64,000 nt of DNA from Planctomycetota bacterium (GTDB lineage Bacteria; Planctomycetota; UBA8108; SXIK01): assembly GCA_965223845.1 (NCBI GenBank), contig CBDCXR010000004.1, positions 4,320,001 through 4,384,000 of the forward strand. The letters run 5' to 3'. Made by a program: the position numbers and the translations under genes. The notes under the pieces were generated by a model, which saw only the letters and a list, made by a program, of their open reading frames with translations, was not told where the DNA came from and did not search any database. This document shows positions 58,287 through 64,000 of this stretch, piece by piece (within the stretch, counting starts at the first letter, position 1; each line of letters opens with the position of its first letter).

Positions 58287-58664
58287 TCAAGCCGCCGAGC
58301 GTGAGGCGAGGAACCAAAGAACGAAAAAGACCGTGAGCGTTCCGACGTGAAACCAGACCATCCCGCGGATCTGCGATCTCTCAGCGTCGGTAACCGCGAA
58401 GGCGCCGGGGAAGCCGAGATAGATCAGCAGTTGTGATCCGAGCATCACGAGAAGGCAGATCCGCCCCCAAGACGAGTTGCGCCAGAGGCCCACGATGGTG
58501 ACAACGTTCATGACGAGATAGAAAATGTCGGCGATCAGGAAATGGCGCGGCATTTCCGCGAGCGTATACCTGCCGAACCCAAGCAAGTTGCCCAGGTGTA
58601 CGGATGCGCCGAACGCGTAGACCAAGCAAAGCGCCCGTTGAAACCACACGAACACTACGTCCAT
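58287..58664 (-). CDS. Small four-TM hypothetical membrane protein
   Basis: Four hydrophobic segments; ATG start with a purine-rich upstream region. Confidence 0.7.
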   Translation of the reverse strand: MDVVFVWFQRALCLVYAFGASVHLGNLLGFGRYTLAEMPRHFLIADIFYLVMNVVTIVGLWRNSSWGRICLLVMLGSQLLIYLGFPGAFAVTDAERSQIRGMVWFHVGTLTVFFVLWFLASRSAA

Positions 58665-58728
58665 GAGCCCTTCTCTCGAGTCTTTCTCGATTCGTCGCTA
58701 CCTGTGAGCGGCGGTAGCCGCGACGAGC

Positions 58729-60051
58729 GTGCGGAGGAATCCCGTGAACGAGCGACTCGCATTGTTGTTTTCAGTCCCTTGGCTGATCGTCAGCATGACT
58801 GCCTCAGCCGACGAGCGTCCCTTCCTTACGACCAAGACTCCCGTCACTCTACTCAGTGCGAACGACGGAGAAATCGCACTGACGAGAAGTGCGGGAGGTG
58901 AAATCACTAAGCGGCAGCGCGTCAAGGACTCCGTAACGATCGTACACCTTGGCCCCGACCACCCTCCCGAAGTCTTGACCGTGTACGGAATCGCGCCCAG
59001 TACCGTTTGGGGCGCCCCCTACACGGCGATCATCGGAAACGGCCGGTACGGCTTCGTCACCAACCACGGAGATCGCGACGGCGCGGTTCAGGCACGGCTT
59101 GAAAGTCCCGAGGGTCAACCGGTTTCAAACGACGACTTGAAACAAGAGGACCTCGACCGTCAATTTCTGTCCGCCCGCCTGAGCAACCTAGTCACCGTGC
59201 TTGACTTGGCGTCCCCGGAGCTAAAGGTGGTGAAGCGATTCGCTCTCGATGAGGAGGTGTGGCACGCCGTTTCGCATCCCGACGGGAAGAGAGCCTTGGT
59301 TGGCTGCACCAAGTCCATTCGGGAATTCGGAATCGAGAACGGCCAAGCGAAACTGCTGCGCTCACACCCGACCCCGGTCAACATAGACTCGTTCGCACTG
59401 AGCCCAAAAGGAGATTGGTTGATCACGCACGGCTTTCATCGGAGCCCCGCGGGAAAGATCGTGACGAACGGTATTCACGCTTTCAAATACTCCGGAGACG
59501 AGATTCGTTACGTCGGTGAGATCAGAGTCCAACCGGGTGCGCGAGCGAAAATCGACCAGCCGTTCGCGCCGCGAATCAGCCCCGATGGGAAGCGAGCCTT
59601 GACCCTCAACGGCTGGGGAATACCCGGCAAGGGAACCTTGGATGCGGTGCTGAGCATCGACCTCACACTCGACAAGCCGATGGTTACGGAGGTCGTGCCT
59701 CAGGTAGGAGATGGTCTGGAGAGTCTGACGTTTCACCCAACCGGGGAAATGGCCGTCGTCGCCTGCTTGGACTACGATTCAGTGCTCGGCGTCGGGGGAA
59801 CGGCAAGTTTGGGCGTCCTTGATCTGACGATCAGCCCGGCCCGCCTGCTCTACCATACTCCCGTCGAGAGTCCGCCCCAGGGGATCGAGTTTACACCTGA
59901 AGGCGACAAGCTTTTCGTGGGATTGAGTTCGTCCAACCGCATCATCGCTTTCGATGTTGACGGGTTCGTCCTCAAACGCCTTCCGTTCTTCATCAAGACC
60001 GGGCACGGCCACGCTTCCATGGCCATCGCGCCTCGGTACCCGCGGAAGTAG
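58729..60051 (+). CDS. Secreted YncE-like beta-propeller protein
   Basis: Repeated SHPDGK, LSPKGD, ISPDGK, FHPTGE and FTPEGD blade motifs; signal peptide. Confidence 0.8.
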   Translation: MRRNPVNERLALLFSVPWLIVSMTASADERPFLTTKTPVTLLSANDGEIALTRSAGGEITKRQRVKDSVTIVHLGPDHPPEVLTVYGIAPSTVWGAPYTAIIGNGRYGFVTNHGDRDGAVQARLESPEGQPVSNDDLKQEDLDRQFLSARLSNLVTVLDLASPELKVVKRFALDEEVWHAVSHPDGKRALVGCTKSIREFGIENGQAKLLRSHPTPVNIDSFALSPKGDWLITHGFHRSPAGKIVTNGIHAFKYSGDEIRYVGEIRVQPGARAKIDQPFAPRISPDGKRALTLNGWGIPGKGTLDAVLSIDLTLDKPMVTEVVPQVGDGLESLTFHPTGEMAVVACLDYDSVLGVGGTASLGVLDLTISPARLLYHTPVESPPQGIEFTPEGDKLFVGLSSSNRIIAFDVDGFVLKRLPFFIKTGHGHASMAIAPRYPRK

Positions 60052-60149
60052 CTCTCCCGCGGCACAAGAACTCGCGGACTCAGTGCGCGGTCGCGACGTG
60101 GTTCATCTCACGAGGTTAGCCAAACCGAGGGCGCCGCTGACGAGAAGAT

Positions 60150-60614
60150 TCATTCGCTCAAGTACTCGACCCCGTATCGTTCGCCGAGTGCGTTCAGGGA
60201 CGGGATCAGGGCCGAGACATCTCCCGCCGGGAGCTCCCCGTCGGCAAACTCATCGAAGAGCCCTTCGATGCCGGCCGGCGTAAAGAAGAAGAGCATTCTC
60301 GCCGTTCGATCGCCGTTGTTTCGAAACCGATGCTTGGCGCCCTTGGGAATGTTGAGGTACGTGCCCGGGCCGGCGGTCAGTTCGCCGTCTTCTCCGTAGA
60401 ACGACACCTCGCCATCGAGGATGTAGAAGGCCTCCTCTTCCCGCGTTTGAACGTGGAACGGAGGGCCACCTCCCGGCGGCACGACGGCTTCGACAAGGAA
60501 GTACCCGCGGTCGGTTTCGTCGCCCGTCGCAAGGTATCGATACTCGTCGCCCGCTCCGCGAATGGTCTTCACCTTGTCATCCGGACGAACGACTCTGATC
60601 TTTCGCGTGGTCAT
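60150..60614 (-). CDS. Cupin domain protein
   Basis: PPGGGPPFHVQTREEEAFYILDGE and IPKGAKHRFRN cupin motifs. Confidence 0.9.
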   Translation of the reverse strand: MTTRKIRVVRPDDKVKTIRGAGDEYRYLATGDETDRGYFLVEAVVPPGGGPPFHVQTREEEAFYILDGEVSFYGEDGELTAGPGTYLNIPKGAKHRFRNNGDRTARMLFFFTPAGIEGLFDEFADGELPAGDVSALIPSLNALGERYGVEYLSE

Positions 60615-60840
60615 AGGAGGACTCCTTCGCCGAGTCTCGTGTCGCATTCGTTTCGTGTTTCCCAGTGCCCCAGCTGCCTCCGCCGCTCGAACCTCACGTG
60701 ACTCGAGAGCGAACGGGCTCGAGCGTAGGTCGCCGGTGGACTCTCGCCGAAACCATCGTCGAGATCGACGGGTGTCCGCGTGCGGCCGCGACGAGGAAGA
60801 GCGCGGCGCGGCGCACTCGATGGGAACTCGGCGGGCAAGA

Positions 60841-62289
60841 CTACGCGATGATCTCGCTCACGACGTTCCCGTAGACGTCCGTCAGGCGAAAATCCCGGCC
60901 GGAGTGGCGGTAAGTCAGCCTCTCGTGGTCAATCCCCATGAGATGAAGGATCGTCGCGTGAAGATCGTGCACGTGAACGGGATTCTCGACCGCGCGGAAG
61001 CCGAACTCGTCCGTCGCGCCGTACACCGTGCCGCCCTTCACGCCGCCGCCGGCGAGCCACATCGTGAATCCGTAGTGGTTGTGATCGCGGCCGAGCTTGC
61101 TTTTTCGCGCTCGCGTCTCGACCGTCGGCGTCCGTCCGAACTCGCCGCCCCACAGGACGAGTGTCTCGTCGAGAAGGCCGCGCTGTTTAAGGTCAGTGAG
61201 GAGAGCTCCGATCGCCTGCGAACACTCGCCAGCGAGCTGCCGATGGTTCTTTTCGATGTGGTCGTGGTTGTCCCACGGCTGCCATTTGCCATGCCAGAGC
61301 TGGACGAACCGTACTCCGCGCTCGATGAGTCGCCGCGCGATGAGCGTCTGACGCGCCTGAGTCGTCGAGCCGTACATCTCTCGGATGTGCTCCGGTTCCT
61401 TGTCGACATCGAACGCGTCCGAGGCGGCGATCTGAACGCCGTAGCCCTGCTCGAACGACTGAATCCGCGCCTCGAGCGCGGGATCGTGGCCTCGCTTCGC
61501 CAAGTGCCGACGATTGAGCCGCGCGAGAAAGTCGACCTGTGCGCGCTGCTCATCGAGATTCAATCGCGGATTGCGAATGTTCTCGATGAGCTGCTCGATC
61601 TTCTTGTGCTGCGTGTCGACGTAAGCGCCTTCGTAGATCCCGGGAAGAAAGGCCGAGCGCCAATTGTCCGGCCCCTTGACCGGATGGCCGCCGGGGCACA
61701 TGGCGACGAACCCCGGTAGATTGTGGTTGTCGCTCCCCAGCCCGTAGGTGAGCCACGAACCCAGGCTCGGGCGCGGCAGCGTGTTGTCGCCGCAGTTCAT
61801 GAGCATGAGCGACGGCTCGTGATTCGGCACGTCAGCGACCATCGATCGAATCACGCAGAGGTCGTCCGCGTGCTCGCCGACGTGCGAGAAGAGCTCGCTG
61901 ATCTCGATCCCGCTTTCGCCGTAGCGCCTGAACTCGAACGGTGAACCGAACGCAGCGCCCGTCTCGCGCTCCGTGACGAGATTCGGAGTCGGGAGCGGCT
62001 TCCCGTCGTAGCGGGTGAGCTCCGGCTTCGGATCGAAGGTATCGACGTGCGAGACGCCGCCGTTGAGGAAGATGTGAATGATCCGCTTCGCGCGCGGGGC
62101 GAAGTGCGGCGCGCGGGACGCGAGAGGACCGGTCGATCCCGCGCCCGACGTTCCACGCGGACGTCCGTCCTCCGCGAGGAGCCCGCCGAGTCCGAGCACC
62201 GCGAACCCCATCCCCGACCGACTGAGAAAGTCCCTCCGCGACGACGGAATCGCGGCGAGGTTCGGATTCGGTAGCTCAGGTCGCGTCAT
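60841..62289 (-). CDS. DUF1501 domain protein (Tat-type leader)
   Basis: SRRDFL, FLNGGVSHVDTFDPKP, WDNH, EFGRTP, GRDHNH, RLTDVYG. Confidence 0.92.
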   Translation of the reverse strand: MTRPELPNPNLAAIPSSRRDFLSRSGMGFAVLGLGGLLAEDGRPRGTSGAGSTGPLASRAPHFAPRAKRIIHIFLNGGVSHVDTFDPKPELTRYDGKPLPTPNLVTERETGAAFGSPFEFRRYGESGIEISELFSHVGEHADDLCVIRSMVADVPNHEPSLMLMNCGDNTLPRPSLGSWLTYGLGSDNHNLPGFVAMCPGGHPVKGPDNWRSAFLPGIYEGAYVDTQHKKIEQLIENIRNPRLNLDEQRAQVDFLARLNRRHLAKRGHDPALEARIQSFEQGYGVQIAASDAFDVDKEPEHIREMYGSTTQARQTLIARRLIERGVRFVQLWHGKWQPWDNHDHIEKNHRQLAGECSQAIGALLTDLKQRGLLDETLVLWGGEFGRTPTVETRARKSKLGRDHNHYGFTMWLAGGGVKGGTVYGATDEFGFRAVENPVHVHDLHATILHLMGIDHERLTYRHSGRDFRLTDVYGNVVSEIIA

Positions 62290-62296
62290 CTCTCGC

Positions 62297-64000
62297 TCAA
62301 TCCACGAAGAGAAACTCGTTCGACTGGAGAAGCGACTGGGCGAGCGTCGCCCAGGGAGACATCGCCATCGATGCCGCCATGCCGTCGAAGTCGCGGGCCG
62401 CGTCCCAGACGAGCTCCGCCGCGCCGCCGTCGGCCACGGAGGTTGCCGGGCGGTCGACGTACCGAATCACCGGCGCCCACTCGAACTCATCGCAGAGATG
62501 ATTCTCCCGACAGTCGGCGACAAAGTCGACGGTCTCTCCGGCGACGACCGCAACTTCCTTCGCCGACGTCTCGACCTCACTCTTGTACGCGATCCACTCG
62601 CCGAGGGATCCGCCCCGCGCCGTCACGATCCGCGCGCGAACGCCGTCGCCGCAGTCTTCTCGGCCGTGACGCAGCGTGCCCAAGACCGCAACGACGCCGG
62701 TCCGCGGCGCGATCCACCGCCGTACCGCTGCGTGCTCGCGGTCGACTCCGACGTGTCCGCCCGTCGCGTCCAGCCGAAGGTAGTGAAGGCTTCCGTCGGG
62801 ATAGTCCTCCGCTCCCTGCCACGCCGAGCCGGTGAAGTGTGGAAGTGGAGTGAACGATTTCAGTCGACCGCGCACGGGATCGAACGCGCCGAAGCCGTAG
62901 CGCCAGTCCGCGCTTCGCCGTCGCGTCGCGATTTCGGCCGCGTTCCCGCGCGATCGCGTTTCGTGCCGCCGCACGAACCGTTCGGTGAGCGCAAGCTCGT
63001 CGCCATCGGGATCTCGCCCGTAGACGGCTCGGTAGAGTAGGCGGATCCTCCGCTCCGCTCCCGCATCGGCCGAAACGCTCTCGATTCTCCGCGCGAGGTC
63101 TTCCGCGCGCGCGATGACGAAGGGACTATTGAGAAGAAAGAGCGCCTGCTGGGGAACCGTTGTGCTCGGACGCTCCGCGGCGGAAAGATTCGGGCTCGGA
63201 AAGTCGAAGACGCGGAAAAGACCGGGCAGCTTTTCGCGATCGACGAAGAGGTAGATCGTCCTCACGCTCGACTCCGGATCGTCCGGTCGCCGCGTAACCG
63301 CACGACCACCGACGCGTGCGTCGAGCCGCCCGGCGACGGCGAGCATCGCGTCGCGCATCGATTCGAAGTCGAGCCGGCGACGATTCATCCGCCAATAGAG
63401 CTCGTTCTCTGCATCGACGGTGCGGCACTCGGCGCGATCGACGCTCGACTGGCGGTACGTTCGCGAGTTCAGGATCAATCGGTGCAGCTTCTTCATCGAC
63501 CAACTCTGATCGACGAACCAAGACGCGAGAAAGTCGAGCAGTTCGGAGTGCACCGGGGGTGCGCTTCGCGTCCCGAAATCGCTCGGTGTCTCGACTAGGC
63601 CGCGTCCGAAGTGCCACGCCCATACGCGATTCACGATCACTCGCGCCGTGAGTGGGTTTTCGGGATGAACGATCGCGCGGGCGAGCTCGAGTCTCCCGCT
63701 CGCATCAGACGGGAACGCGCCGGGACTGAATGCAGCGAGGAGATCTGGGACGCGGCGCTCGACCGGCTCGCCCGGGTCTTCTGCGTTCCCGCGGCGGAAC
63801 ACCCTCGGCTCAACGGGACGCTCGCGGTCGACGAGCACCATGGCGCGCTCGAACGCGTCTGTGTGCTTCAGAAAGACTCGTTCGATATTGGCGAACTTCG
63901 TGCGGACGTTCGAGTGCTCATCGAGATGGTAGTAATCCTCCGACTCGTCGACCGAGACGGACGCCGGCGAATCCGCCCCGTAGAGAACGAGCCGAAGCTC
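62297..64000 (-). CDS. DUF1553 (PSD1) domain protein, 5' part beyond the window edge
   Basis: Frame is open to nt 64000; NPLTARVIVNRVW, HSELLDFLA, RRLDFESMRD, SNEFLFVD. Confidence 0.9.
   Translation of the reverse strand, partial: ELRLVLYGADSPASVSVDESEDYYHLDEHSNVRTKFANIERVFLKHTDAFERAMVLVDRERPVEPRVFRRGNAEDPGEPVERRVPDLLAAFSPGAFPSDASGRLELARAIVHPENPLTARVIVNRVWAWHFGRGLVETPSDFGTRSAPPVHSELLDFLASWFVDQSWSMKKLHRLILNSRTYRQSSVDRAECRTVDAENELYWRMNRRRLDFESMRDAMLAVAGRLDARVGGRAVTRRPDDPESSVRTIYLFVDREKLPGLFRVFDFPSPNLSAAERPSTTVPQQALFLLNSPFVIARAEDLARRIESVSADAGAERRIRLLYRAVYGRDPDGDELALTERFVRRHETRSRGNAAEIATRRRSADWRYGFGAFDPVRGRLKSFTPLPHFTGSAWQGAEDYPDGSLHYLRLDATGGHVGVDREHAAVRRWIAPRTGVVAVLGTLRHGREDCGDGVRARIVTARGGSLGEWIAYKSEVETSAKEVAVVAGETVDFVADCRENHLCDEFEWAPVIRYVDRPATSVADGGAAELVWDAARDFDGMAASMAMSPWATLAQSLLQSNEFLFVD

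Overview
High-GC, gene-dense bacterial window. The content is typical of Planctomycetota: three PSCyt1/DUF1549/DUF1553 plus DUF1501 gene pairs, sulfatases, a split PVC-type heme-binding dehydrogenase, a CotH/LTD/dockerin protein and a BlaI-M56 pair. I saw no rRNA, tRNA, transposase or CRISPR array. Two observations stand out. (1) Two ORFs at 55006-56103 (minus strand) join in frame across a TGA that sits in a GHPLGC-V-(TGA)-NNG redox-type motif and is followed by a SECIS-like hairpin, which points to an unannotated secreted selenoprotein. (2) A cytoplasmic thermolysin-like (M4-type) protease and a ComEC-like MBL-fold hydrolase form a two-gene unit at 42977-46621, a candidate protease-activated conflict or defence module. 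Other points of interest are an ApbE homologue missing its catalytic-His loop, next to a Tat oxidoreductase with a degenerate flavinylation motif; a double sulfatase with a non-canonical CHVSR motif; a 3x4 nested His-repeat protein; and a stand-alone MshEN-like protein. All family calls come from motif recognition by eye; no database searches were run.
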